Shown: positions 47,256 through 57,176 of the stretch, in pieces
How the letters are laid out: each line of letters begins with the position of its first letter
Position numbering within the stretch: position 1 is the first letter of the stretch
Source of the DNA: Candidatus Cloacimonadales bacterium
GTDB taxonomy: Bacteria > Cloacimonadota > Cloacimonadia > Cloacimonadales > JAFGVF01
Direction of reading: 5' to 3'
Length of the DNA stretch: 64,000 nt
Assembly (NCBI GenBank): GCA_963678315.1
Contig: OY782781.1
Location: 512,001-576,000, forward strand
The notes under the pieces: generated by a model
Told to the model about the DNA's origin: nothing
The model's database searches: none
What the model saw: the letters and a program-made list of their open reading frames with translations, nothing else
Translations under genes and position numbers: made by a program

Positions 47256-47687
47256 TTATTCTTCGCCACCAGTTTCAGTATTTGTAAATGTATCAATACC
47301 CCAGCCAGTATATTCGTTATCTTCAACGATAAATCTAACTTGTTTTCCTTCTCCTGATTCGAATTCGGCAGTTGAAGTACAAACGTATTCAGTTGGAGGG
47401 TTACCTAATACATCAAATTCCCATTCTTCTCTAACTGCTTGTTTGATACCAGCGTCATCTAATGCATCTTCTACTTCGTAACCATCTGTTGAACCTGTTG
47501 TAGTTAAACGTGTTTCATAAGCTTCTTTTACTGAACGTAAATACGCTTTTGGACCTGCTGCTTTACCTTTTTCAACGTAACGTAAGTAAATAGGTACCGC
47601 GATTGTAGCTAAGATAGCCATGATAATAACAACAACAAGAAGTTCTACTAAACTGAATCCTTTGTCTTTCTTCATTAATTTGAACAT
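47256..47687 (-). CDS. pilA: Type IV major pilin
   Basis: KG|FSLVELLVVVIIMAILATIAVP; ATG 47687 follows GGAGG; first gene of the cluster. Confidence 0.8.
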   Translation of the reverse strand: MFKLMKKDKGFSLVELLVVVIIMAILATIAVPIYLRYVEKGKAAGPKAYLRSVKEAYETRLTTTGSTDGYEVEDALDDAGIKQAVREEWEFDVLGNPPTEYVCTSTAEFESGEGKQVRFIVEDNEYTGWGIDTFTNTETGGEE

Positions 47688-47740
47688 GTCTGTTCCTCCC
47701 AATTTAAGTTTTTTATTTTTTATGAATTACTTTTTCATAA

Positions 47741-47757
47741 TGCATATTACATACCAA
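47741..47757 (-). promoter_or_regulatory. Putative sigma-54 promoter of pilA
   Basis: Minus strand TTGGTATGTAATATGCA = GG-N10-GC, 54 bp upstream of ATG. Confidence 0.62.
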
Positions 47758-48412
47758 AACATCATAATTTTTGTTTATCTACAAGTTTATTACATTTTTT
47801 ATAGTTAGATTTTAAGATTTTTTACAAGTAAATAATTAGTAGATTTTTGAATCTTTAATTTATTTATAATCAATGTATAATGACTTTTTAAGGGCTTTTA
47901 ATCTTATTGTAGAACTATTTATAAAGAACTATCTAGCAAGCTATTACTAATTAGTACGGCTGAGCATGTCTTTTTATTCTGAAGTGCTAGTCTGTTGATT
48001 TAAGAAAATATATTTGTTTCCAATGTAACCTTTATTAACAACTTATTAATAAATCTTATTATTTGATTGCATATCTCACTATCTTTCTGTATTTTACCCT
48101 ATATTAACTTATAGTTTATTTTTGCTGTAAACTGTGTGATTAGTTGGTAATTTTTAAGAAATAAGACCTACTAGAAGTATGCAATAATGACTTTTTTATA
48201 GATAAAGACATTTAAATTCGATTTTTTTTGAAATATTGATATGTAACTATTTATTTCACCTACGTTAAGAATTATATGGCTCTTTAAAATTAATTTAGTT
48301 ATTGAAATCCTCTTCTTTAAAATAAGTTCTTGACTAGATTAAACCAAATTCAGCTAAAGTATAATTCAAGTAAAATAATATTAATATAGTAATAATTACT
48401 TAAGGAGATAAT

Positions 48413-50427
48413 ATGAAAAAAACTTCTATTCTGCTTTTTCTAGCTATTAGTATGTTGGTGCTAGGATGTAGCTCAACGAGTACTAAGTTAGATTCAGTAA
48501 AAGAAGCTGACATTTATGTAGAATATGATGGTGGGATGATTACAAAAGCTGACTATGAAGATAGGATTAGTATGCTTCCAGAACAACAAAGAGAATCATT
48601 AAACATGGCTGGTAACGAAGCTATTTTTTTAGAAAGATTAGCTCAAGAACAAGCATTTTATATGAAAGCTAACGAGTTAGGCTTAGATAAAGACCCTGAA
48701 GTTCTTTCTATAATTGACCAACGTCTAAAACAATATTATTTAAATGAATATTATGAAAAGAATATTAGATCTAATGTTAAGTTAACTGATCAAAATCTAA
48801 GAGACTTCTATGACAATAATCAAGACCTCTTTGTAGAAGCTCCAGTAGCAAATATTAGATATATTCAAGTTGCAAACCAAGAAAGTGCTGATAAAGTCTT
48901 AGCTGATTTAAAAAAGGGTATCTCTTTTGACAATATTGCTGCTGTAAAGTCTATCAACACAGGTGCAAAACAAAACGGCAATGTAATAACTGGTCTAAGA
49001 AACAATGGTTACATTCAAGGTATTGGAAACGATACAGAATTAGACAGTTTAATATTCAATGTGGAATTCGAGCCTAATAAGGCTTATGGTCCTTATGAAA
49101 CAGCAACTGGTATCCATTTCTTCTCAATAATCATGAGAGAAGATGCTAAACAAAAGATTTTGAAGCAGTAAAGTCTGATGTAAAAACTAAAGCTAGAGTT
49201 GCTAAAGAAACAGATTTAAATGATGCTTACACCAAGAATTTCATGCTTGACCACAATTTAAGTATCGATAGTGAGAACTTAGCTAAAATTGATTTCATGA
49301 ATCTTGCAAACAATAATGATATCATTGAAGCAAGTGTTATCACAAGTGACTTAGATAGTTTTAATTGGACTGTTGAAGATGTTCTTACAGCATTCAATTC
49401 TGTACCTAGACAAGAAAGAATGTTTATTACTCAAAATAGCAATCAGGAAATACTTGACCATGTTCTTTCAAAAGAAATTTACTTCTATAATTTAAAGGCT
49501 GAAGGCTTCGATAAGGAATTAAATGAACAGCCTAAATACAAAAATAGTATTAGAACTTTCTTATTAACTTATGCTTATAAAAAGCTTATTACAGATACAA
49601 TTGAAATTACTGACGCAGATATAGAAGACTTCTATCAAGAGAATAAAGAAAAGTTTGCTAAACCTGGATTCAGAAAAGTTGAAATCTTAAACTTTGCAAG
49701 CGAAGAAGTTGCTTCTCAAGCTTATGATGAATATATTGTGGCTGTAAGAAACAGTGACACTAAAAAGATTAAAGAAATCATGGAACAATATGCTATTAAT
49801 AGTTTCGATAAACGTATAGCAGATAAAACTTTTAGAAATGGTATTGTCCCTAACTTTGGTAGAGATAATATTCTTTCTGAAGCAATTTGGAATTTACCTG
49901 TAAACGAAGTAAGCGATATTACTCCTGTAAAGCGTGGTAACAATTTTGCTATTTTTAGAACACTTGAAGAAACTCCAAAAAAATATAAAGAGTTAGGTGC
50001 TGTTATTCCACAGATTCAAAACAACTTAACTCGTTCTAAATCTAAAGAAAAGTTTGATAACTTAATTGACCAATATATGAAAGAGTATAACTTTGTTGTC
50101 CACCAAGACAAACTTCATCCAAGAGCTACTGCAGATGAATTATTTGCTCTGGCTGAAAAACAAGCTAAACTTGGTAAATTCAAAGACACTATACTATATT
50201 ACCAACAAATTGTTAACAACTATCAAAATGGTAAAGATGACTATAAAGCAATGTTCATGATTGCATTTACTCAATCTGAATATGTACAAGATAAAGAAGC
50301 AGCTATCAAAGCATTTGAAGAGTTCATTGAGAAATACCCTCAAGGTGAACTAAATGACGATGCTACTTATATGCTTAAAGAATTGAAAGGTGAAGGATCT
50401 ATTGAGATTCCTGAATTAATCGACTAA
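48413..50427 (+). pseudogene. Parvulin-type PPIase (PrsA/SurA-like) lipoprotein with C-terminal TPR, split by a single frameshift near 49152-49156
   Basis: ORFs 48413-49171 and 49243-50427 join in the -1 frame (…DAKQK|DFEAVKSDVKTKARV…); lipobox MLVLGC; two rotamase-like domains; BamD/YfiO-like TPR tail. Confidence 0.7.
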
Positions 50428-50454
50428 TATACGCTTCTAGAATATTATATATTA

Positions 50455-50492
50455 GAAGAGCCTAGGCATTGCCCTAGACTCTTCTTTTTTTT
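50455..50492 (+). terminator. Intrinsic terminator
   Basis: GAAGAGCCTAGG...CCTAGACTCTTC followed by T8. Confidence 0.75.
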
Positions 50493-50517
50493 GCGAGAAA
50501 GATAGGTTCATGCCTAC

Positions 50518-51075
50518 ACCCTTACTCCCCTCCTTGAAAAATCGGCTTTTTTTCAATGAGACCCTTAAGTTAGGAGTTAGAAGTGGGAGCGAGAAGAAGT
50601 GAAGAGAGGAGTGTAAGCATCCACCGAAGGTTGAACGAAGTTCATGCTTACGCTAAGAGATGTTTTCAAAACATCTCAACAAATTCACTTATCACTATGT
50701 TCTAAGTTGTTAATATATAAGTAAAGAACCCTGTACTGATTCATGACGTCCTTTAATGACTAAATACAAAATAAGACATTAGCCACGAATAACACAAATA
50801 TTCACAAATCCAGCCCCTAAACAATTAAACCTCTCAACAACTAAACATTTTAATCAGTTTAATCTGCGTTATCTGTGTTCTATTTTATTTGAAAGGCCAG
50901 CTAGCAGCTGTGCGTTCCCAGTAATTATTCATTATGTCGTCCCTTCGGGACTCAATTCATTTTTATCCTTGAACATGGGGTACAAGACCCCATGCTAATA
51001 CATGACGTCCTTTCAGGACTAATACCAAACATCGAATTTGAAAGCTAAAAAGCGGAACAAGTATCAGCGTTCCCT
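50518..51075. repeat. Mosaic of miniature palindromic elements (partial cassette copy 4)
   Basis: End hairpin 50530-50564; GAGATGTT/AACATCTC hairpin 50657-50677; REP 50896-50922; three-hairpin element 50934-51022. Confidence 0.7.
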
Positions 51076-51192
51076 CAACAGTAGCTTAAATGAAACCGTG
51101 CTAATCTTCATTGCTAAAAACAGATTTTTTGTTTTAGACTGTATTAAGAGATAAGAAGCTTACAGTCCCAAATAATCACAAATCTATCATTC

Positions 51193-51222
51193 TTCACACA
51201 ATCTTAACATTTCACTTATAAT
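51193..51222 (+). promoter_or_regulatory. Putative Pho box plus -10 element
   Basis: TTCACA-N5-TTAACA direct repeat (11-bp period), then TATAAT at 51217-51222, upstream of the porin-pst-pho operon. Confidence 0.6.
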
Positions 51223-51284
51223 GAATTAACTTTGAAAGAGTATAATAAAGTGAAATCAAAAAAATTGTATAGGAGAAATTTAAC

Positions 51285-52364
51285 ATGACTTTATCTAAAA
51301 AAGTTATTCTATTTGCTTTGTTAATTCTTGTTGTGCCTTATATCGTTAACGCTGTTGAAACAAAATACTCAATGGAAATATGGAATCGTTTCACAATGGA
51401 AGATGATGGTTCAGATGCTGATCCAGATATGTCTTTCTCACTAGAAAGAGCTTATTTAAGAATTGAACCAAAATTTACAGATAACATTAAAGGTAGATTT
51501 AATTTAGACTTTTTCTCATCAGACAAAGATGAAGATGCTAATGGTGCAGGTGTGAAATTGAAATATGCTTATTTAGATTTTAAAAACATCCTTCCTTTAC
51601 CTAAATCAAAACTTTCTGTTGGTTTAGTTAAAAACTATTTTGGTACTATTTATAGCTGGGAATATGAAACAATTCAAAAAGATCCTGCTGACAAATGGAA
51701 ATTCGCTTCATCAACTGACTACGGTGTAGTTTTATCAGGTGCTGTTCCTGCTGCTAAATTATCTTATAACTTAGGTTTATATAATGGTGAAGGTTACAAA
51801 AAAGCTGGTGGAAATGTTAATAATGAATTTGCTTTCTTAGGTAATGTAAGAATCAAACCAGTTGATATGTTAGAAATTGGTGGTACATACTCAATGAATA
51901 GTAAAAAGAATCCTAATGACGATGCAGGCGAAGAAAACCCTGATCACGAAGCTATTTCTGCTTATGCAGCTAACGCTACTTTCAAAATGGCTGGTGCTAC
52001 AGTTTTAGCTCAATATTTAGGTAAAACAACTGAAATGGACAACCTTGATGGTGTTGATGATTTAAATGAAAATGTTGTTTCAGTTTTAGCTATGTACAAT
52101 TTAAACGAAGCTGCTGGTGTTAACTTAGATTTAGTAGCTCGTTATGACATGTATGATGATGATGTAGATGGCGATGACGAAGACGGTAATGAAATCCAAA
52201 ACGGTGAAAACTTAATGTTATTTGGTTTCAATTACCACTTCCACAAAGGTCTTCAATTACAAGCTAACTATCAAATCATGTCTTATGAAGATGAAGATCT
52301 TGATGACGAAACAGAACTTATGCTTCAATTACGTTGGAAGTTTTCAAGCGTAATGGGTAAATAA
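51285..52364 (+). CDS. Putative phosphate-selective porin (OprO/OprP-like)
   Basis: Signal peptide; 'F.LERAYL', 'LKYAYLD', 'YNGEG', 'ARYD', terminal 'LQLRWKF'; heads the pst operon. Confidence 0.7.
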   Translation: MTLSKKVILFALLILVVPYIVNAVETKYSMEIWNRFTMEDDGSDADPDMSFSLERAYLRIEPKFTDNIKGRFNLDFFSSDKDEDANGAGVKLKYAYLDFKNILPLPKSKLSVGLVKNYFGTIYSWEYETIQKDPADKWKFASSTDYGVVLSGAVPAAKLSYNLGLYNGEGYKKAGGNVNNEFAFLGNVRIKPVDMLEIGGTYSMNSKKNPNDDAGEENPDHEAISAYAANATFKMAGATVLAQYLGKTTEMDNLDGVDDLNENVVSVLAMYNLNEAAGVNLDLVARYDMYDDDVDGDDEDGNEIQNGENLMLFGFNYHFHKGLQLQANYQIMSYEDEDLDDETELMLQLRWKFSSVMGK

Positions 52365-52393
52365 TTAAATATTAAACATATAGGAGATTTATA

Positions 52394-53218
52394 ATGAAAA
52401 AAACCATATTATTACTAATAGTATTAAGCTTATTAACAATGCTTGTAGGTTGCGGTGAAAAAAAGGGTAAAATTACAATGTCAGGATCAACAACAGTTCT
52501 TCCAATAGCTCAAGCATGTGCTGAAGCTTTCATGGACAAAAATCCTGGTGTAAACATCTCAGTTAGAGGTGGCGGATCATCAATAGGTATCAAAGATATC
52601 ATGGCTGGAACAGTTCAAATTGGTAATGCTTCTAGAGCTGCTAAACAAAAAGAAATTGATGCTGCTAAAAAAGATGGTATCGAGTTAAACCAAATCATCG
52701 TTGCTAATGATGGTATTGCAATGATCGTTCACCCTTCTAACCCTATCAAAAACTTAACACAACAACAAATCATTGATATCTATACAGGTAAAATTACTAA
52801 CTGGAATCAACTTGGTGGAAACGACCAAAATATCGTTGTAATTTCTAGAGATACTGCTTCTGGTACTTATGAAATCTTCCACAAAAAAGCTATCAAGAAA
52901 AACAAAGTTATGCCTGGTTCACAAATGTTAGCATCTAACAATGCTGTTGTAACATCAGTTAAAGACACTCCTGGTGCTATTGGTTATGCTGGCCTTGGTT
53001 ATGTTGAAGGTAAAAGCACAATTAAAGCTGTAACTGTTGATGGCACAGAATGTACTATCTCTAACGTAGTTAGCGAAAAATACCTTATCTCAAGAAAATT
53101 AAACATGTACACTAATGGTAAACCTGAAGGTATTACTAAAGAATTTATCGATTTTATCTTATCAGATGAAGGACAAGAAATCGTAGAAAAGAACGGTTTT
53201 ATCAAATTACAAAAATAA
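52394..53218 (+). CDS. pstS: Phosphate-binding lipoprotein PstS
   Basis: Lipobox LVGC; GSTTVLP, GGGSS.G, SRD..SGT..F, GAIGY. Confidence 0.93.
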   Translation: MKKTILLLIVLSLLTMLVGCGEKKGKITMSGSTTVLPIAQACAEAFMDKNPGVNISVRGGGSSIGIKDIMAGTVQIGNASRAAKQKEIDAAKKDGIELNQIIVANDGIAMIVHPSNPIKNLTQQQIIDIYTGKITNWNQLGGNDQNIVVISRDTASGTYEIFHKKAIKKNKVMPGSQMLASNNAVVTSVKDTPGAIGYAGLGYVEGKSTIKAVTVDGTECTISNVVSEKYLISRKLNMYTNGKPEGITKEFIDFILSDEGQEIVEKNGFIKLQK

Positions 53219-53249
53219 GCAATAAGCGTGCAACAGATAGAAGAAACGA

Positions 53250-53282
53250 TGAAACCCGAGTTTTGCCTTAGCTCGGGTTTCA
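53250..53282 (+). terminator. Stem-loop after pstS (mRNA stabiliser/attenuator)
   Basis: TGAAACCCGAG...CTCGGGTTTCA 11-bp arms, no U tract. Confidence 0.6.
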
Positions 53283-53303
53283 ACTTAAGAAAAAGAGGAT
53301 TAT

Positions 53304-54191
53304 GTGAAAGATTTTAAAGAGCTATTATTTAAGAGTGTAACTTACCTAGCAGCAATGTTTTCAATACTTGCTTTGTTTGGAATTATCTATACTCTATTCT
53401 TAGAAGGACTACCTCTATTCAAAGCAGATACATTTAGCGGTTCATTAGCAATTGCTAAAGAGTTCTTATTTTCTAATAAGTGGTATCCAACTAGCGATGT
53501 TCCAGTTTTCGGATCTTTGTCACTCTTAGTGGGTTCATTGCTTGTGACGCTTGGCGCATTAGTTATTGGTATTCCTATTGGGCTAGGCTCTGCTATTTAC
53601 ATTTCTGAAATAGCTAGTCCTAGAGTTAAAGAAACTTTGAAGCCTATGATAGAGTTGCTAGCAGGTATTCCATCAGTTGTTTATGGGCTGTTTGGTATGG
53701 CTTTCCTTGCTCCATTTCTAATTAGAACATTCGGTATCGATACTGGACAAAACGTCTTTTCTGCTAGTATCATTCTAGGAATCATGATAATTCCTATTAT
53801 ATCAAGTATGTCAGAAGATGCTCTTTCTAATGTCCCAAGAATATTAAGAGAAGCTTCTTATGGATTAGGAGCTACAAGATGGGAAACAATAACTAGAGTT
53901 GTTGTACCTGCAGCAAAAACAGGTATAGTTGGTAGCTTTGTACTTGGATTTGGTAGAGCTATTGGTGAAACTATGGTTGTTATCATGGTTGCTGGTGGAG
54001 CTGCTCAAATTCCAAATTCAATCTTCCAACCAGTAAGACCTTTGACCACATCTATTGCTGCTGAAATGGGTGAAACTGCTATCGGTACTCCCCACTTCCA
54101 TGCTTTATTTGCTTTAGCAATAATGCTATTTATTATTACATTCGTTACTAACTTATTTACTGAATTATTCCTTTTCAAAAAGGTTAAGTAG
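53304..54191 (+). CDS. pstC: Phosphate ABC permease PstC
   Basis: ELLAGIPSVVYG, EASYGLGAT.WET, GRAIGETM. Confidence 0.94.
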   Translation: MKDFKELLFKSVTYLAAMFSILALFGIIYTLFLEGLPLFKADTFSGSLAIAKEFLFSNKWYPTSDVPVFGSLSLLVGSLLVTLGALVIGIPIGLGSAIYISEIASPRVKETLKPMIELLAGIPSVVYGLFGMAFLAPFLIRTFGIDTGQNVFSASIILGIMIIPIISSMSEDALSNVPRILREASYGLGATRWETITRVVVPAAKTGIVGSFVLGFGRAIGETMVVIMVAGGAAQIPNSIFQPVRPLTTSIAAEMGETAIGTPHFHALFALAIMLFIITFVTNLFTELFLFKKVK

Positions 54192-54200
54192 GAGTCAAAG

Positions 54201-55055
54201 ATGAATATAAGAAAAGTAAAAGAACACGTTGGTGTTAATTTATTAAGACTTGGCCTACTACTAACAGGCCTATTCTTAGTCTCCTTTATGTATATTATAT
54301 TTTCCAAAGGGCTTGGGGTAATTAGTTGGACATTCTTAACTGATATACCAAGAAATTCAATGACTGCTGGTGGTATTTTCCCAGCAATTGTAGGAACTTT
54401 AGCTTTAACTGTTCTGTCTATTGCAATAGCTTTACCTCTTGGTGTATTAACTGCGATCTATATGGTCCATCTTGCTAAACCATATTGGCTTGTTAGAGTT
54501 GTTAGAATTGCCGTTAATACTTTAGCTGGTGTTCCATCAATTATCTATGGTTTATTTGGGCTAACTCTATTCGTTAGAATGTTACATTTTGATATATCAA
54601 TTTTGGCCGGTTCCTTAACTTTGGCTGTTTTAGCTTTACCTGTTATAATTAATGCAAGTGAAGAAGCATTAAGAGGTGTACCAAAGAGTTTCAGAGAAGG
54701 TTCTTTAGCTTTAGGTGCAACTGAACGTCAAACTATCATGAGAGTTGTTGTTCCAACAGCCCTGCCTAATATTCTTACTGGTGCTATTATTTCTATTGGT
54801 CGTGTAGCCGGGGAAACTGCCCCAATTATGTTTACTGCTGCAACTTTCTATACAAGACTATTACCTTCTACTGTTATGGATGAAGTTATGGCATTACCCT
54901 TCCATATATATGCACTTATGACAGAAGGTAGTCATGGAACAGAACAAGTACCAATTGCTTACGGTACAGCAGTTGTATTATTAATGCTGGTCTTAATGGT
55001 ATCAGCAGTCGCTATTTTTATTAGATATAGAATGAGGAAGAAAAGAAAATGGTAA
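54201..55055 (+). CDS. pstA: Phosphate ABC permease PstA
   Basis: [32 protein letters not shown]. Confidence 0.94.
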   Translation: MNIRKVKEHVGVNLLRLGLLLTGLFLVSFMYIIFSKGLGVISWTFLTDIPRNSMTAGGIFPAIVGTLALTVLSIAIALPLGVLTAIYMVHLAKPYWLVRVVRIAVNTLAGVPSIIYGLFGLTLFVRMLHFDISILAGSLTLAVLALPVIINASEEALRGVPKSFREGSLALGATERQTIMRVVVPTALPNILTGAIISIGRVAGETAPIMFTAATFYTRLLPSTVMDEVMALPFHIYALMTEGSHGTEQVPIAYGTAVVLLMLVLMVSAVAIFIRYRMRKKRKW

Positions 55056-55810
55056 ATAAAGAATTATTGAATACAAAGAATTTGAAATTATGGTTCGGAG
55101 ATAACTACGTATTACACGATTTAGACTTCACAGTTCATGAAAAGAAGATTACCGCTCTGATAGGACCTTCAGGTTGCGGAAAATCAACATTATTAAGATG
55201 CTTTAACAGAATGAACGACTTAATTCCTGAATGTAGAATAGAAGGTCAAATTCTTCTTAACGGAGAAAATATATATGACCCTAAAGCTGATGTAACCGAT
55301 ATAAGAACAAGAATTGGTATGGTTTTCCAAAGACCTAATCCATTCCCAAAATCTATCTATAATAACGTGGCTTATGGTCTGCAAATTAGAGGAGAAAAAA
55401 GAAAGAGTGTTCTGGATGAAGTTGTTGAGACTTCTCTTAGAGGTGCTTGGCTTTGGGATGAAGTAAAAGACAGACTTCATACTTCTGCTTTCTCATTATC
55501 TGGTGGACAACAGCAAAGACTGTGCATTGCCAGAGGCTTGGCAAACAACCCTGAGGTTCTTTTACTTGATGAACCAACCTCAGCTTTAGACCCAAAATCA
55601 ACTGCTAAAGTTGAAGAATTATGTATTGAACTAAAAGATAAAGTGACAATTTTGATAGTAACTCATAATATTGCACAAGCTGGTAGAATCTCTGATTATA
55701 CTACTTTCATGTATCTTGGTGATATTGTGGAATTTGGTGATACAAAGACTGTTTTTACTGTACCTAAAGACAAACGTACAGAAGCCTACTTAACCGGGGT
55801 TTTCGGCTAG
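55049..55810 (+). CDS. pstB: Phosphate ABC ATPase PstB
   Basis: [46 protein letters not shown]. Confidence 0.96.
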   Translation: MVNKELLNTKNLKLWFGDNYVLHDLDFTVHEKKITALIGPSGCGKSTLLRCFNRMNDLIPECRIEGQILLNGENIYDPKADVTDIRTRIGMVFQRPNPFPKSIYNNVAYGLQIRGEKRKSVLDEVVETSLRGAWLWDEVKDRLHTSAFSLSGGQQQRLCIARGLANNPEVLLLDEPTSALDPKSTAKVEELCIELKDKVTILIVTHNIAQAGRISDYTTFMYLGDIVEFGDTKTVFTVPKDKRTEAYLTGVFG

Positions 55811-55828
55811 TAAAAGAAAGGAGATATA

Positions 55829-56473
55829 ATGTTAACACCAAAAATAATTGATTTGAAAAAAAGCTTGATGGATATGGCTGGTTATATCCAAAAGATGATT
55901 GAAATATGCATCACTTCCATGAAAGATATGAATGTTGAAAACTTAGAAGATGTTGCATATTACGAGAATAAAGTTAATGAATTAGAGCTGGAAATTGATG
56001 ATAGATGTGCTGCTTTAATAGCGCTCTATCAACCTGAAGCTAAAGACTTAAGATATATCTTAATGATTATAAAAATGAACAATGACTTCGAAAGATTAGG
56101 CGATTTGGCTTATAAGATAGCAGACAGTTTACTTGCTCTTAAAGATGATACTCTTATCTTGAAAATGGATGAATTGTCTCAAATGGCTAAGAAAAGCTAT
56201 TCTATGTTAAGAGATAGTATTATCGCTTTCACTGATGAAGATACAGAAACTTCTAAAACAATCGGTGCAAGAGATGATGAGGTAGACAAACTTTATGAAG
56301 AACTCTATACTCATATCAAGAAGATTTTGAGAGACACTGACAATAATGTTGAACCAAGTCTACACATCCTAAGAATAGCTAGTAAGTTTGAGCGTATAGC
56401 TGACTTATCAACAAACATTAGCGAAAGTACTATTTACTTAGTTGATGGTGATGTAATTAAACATAAAAGCTAA
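55829..56473 (+). CDS. phoU: Phosphate signalling protein PhoU
   Basis: QPEAKDLR, ERLGD, DDEVD, ERIAD..TNI.E. Confidence 0.93.
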   Translation: MLTPKIIDLKKSLMDMAGYIQKMIEICITSMKDMNVENLEDVAYYENKVNELELEIDDRCAALIALYQPEAKDLRYILMIIKMNNDFERLGDLAYKIADSLLALKDDTLILKMDELSQMAKKSYSMLRDSIIAFTDEDTETSKTIGARDDEVDKLYEELYTHIKKILRDTDNNVEPSLHILRIASKFERIADLSTNISESTIYLVDGDVIKHKS

Positions 56474-56483
56474 AGGAGAAGGT

Positions 56484-57176
56484 ATGTTAAATCAAAAGAA
56501 CTTGCTATTTATTGTTGATGATGAGCCTGATATTCTTGAACTTCTAGAACTCCAATTAGGAAATGCTGGTTTTGAAGTTAAGTCTTTTGAAAATGGTAAC
56601 GACCTACTTCTTGCACTAGAAAACCAAGTCCCGAACCTATTACTTCTTGATTTAATGCTTCCTGATATTGATGGTACTGATATCTGTAAGCAGCTAAGAA
56701 ATTCAGATAAGTTCAAGCATTTGCCAATCATCATGCTTACAGCTAAAGGTGAAGAAGTAGATAAGGTCTTGGGCTTAGAATTAGGAGCAGACGATTATCT
56801 AGCAAAACCTTTTTCTCCTAGAGAACTAGTTGCAAGAATCAAAGCTGTGCTACGTCGTGTAGAAAGTGCAAACTCTAGTTCTGACTTCTTGAACATAGGA
56901 AATTTACTTCAAATAGATAAGAGAAGATTTGAAATTAAAATAGAAGGTGAAAAAATTTATTTAACTACCACCGAATTTAAGATTCTAGAACTTCTTGCAT
57001 CACATCCAGGCTGGGTGTATTCAAGAGAACAAATTCTTAACCACTTGTGGGGAAAAGAGAAAATAGTTCTTGACCGTACCATTGATGTACATATAAGAAA
57101 TTTACGCTCTAAAATAGGTGAAGTAAGTAATTTTATTAAAAACATTCGTGGTATCGGATATAAATTTGAGGTTTAA
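56484..57176 (+). CDS. phoB: OmpR-family response regulator PhoB/PhoP
   Basis: LDLMLP, GADDY..KPFSPRELVAR, LT.TEF, RTIDVHIRNLR, RGIGY; operon context. Confidence 0.88.
   Translation: MLNQKNLLFIVDDEPDILELLELQLGNAGFEVKSFENGNDLLLALENQVPNLLLLDLMLPDIDGTDICKQLRNSDKFKHLPIIMLTAKGEEVDKVLGLELGADDYLAKPFSPRELVARIKAVLRRVESANSSSDFLNIGNLLQIDKRRFEIKIEGEKIYLTTTEFKILELLASHPGWVYSREQILNHLWGKEKIVLDRTIDVHIRNLRSKIGEVSNFIKNIRGIGYKFEV

Noticed and set aside
33562..47687. Type II secretion system call for the cluster
   Set aside because: PilT and PilM/N/O are present, which indicates a retractile type IVa pilus
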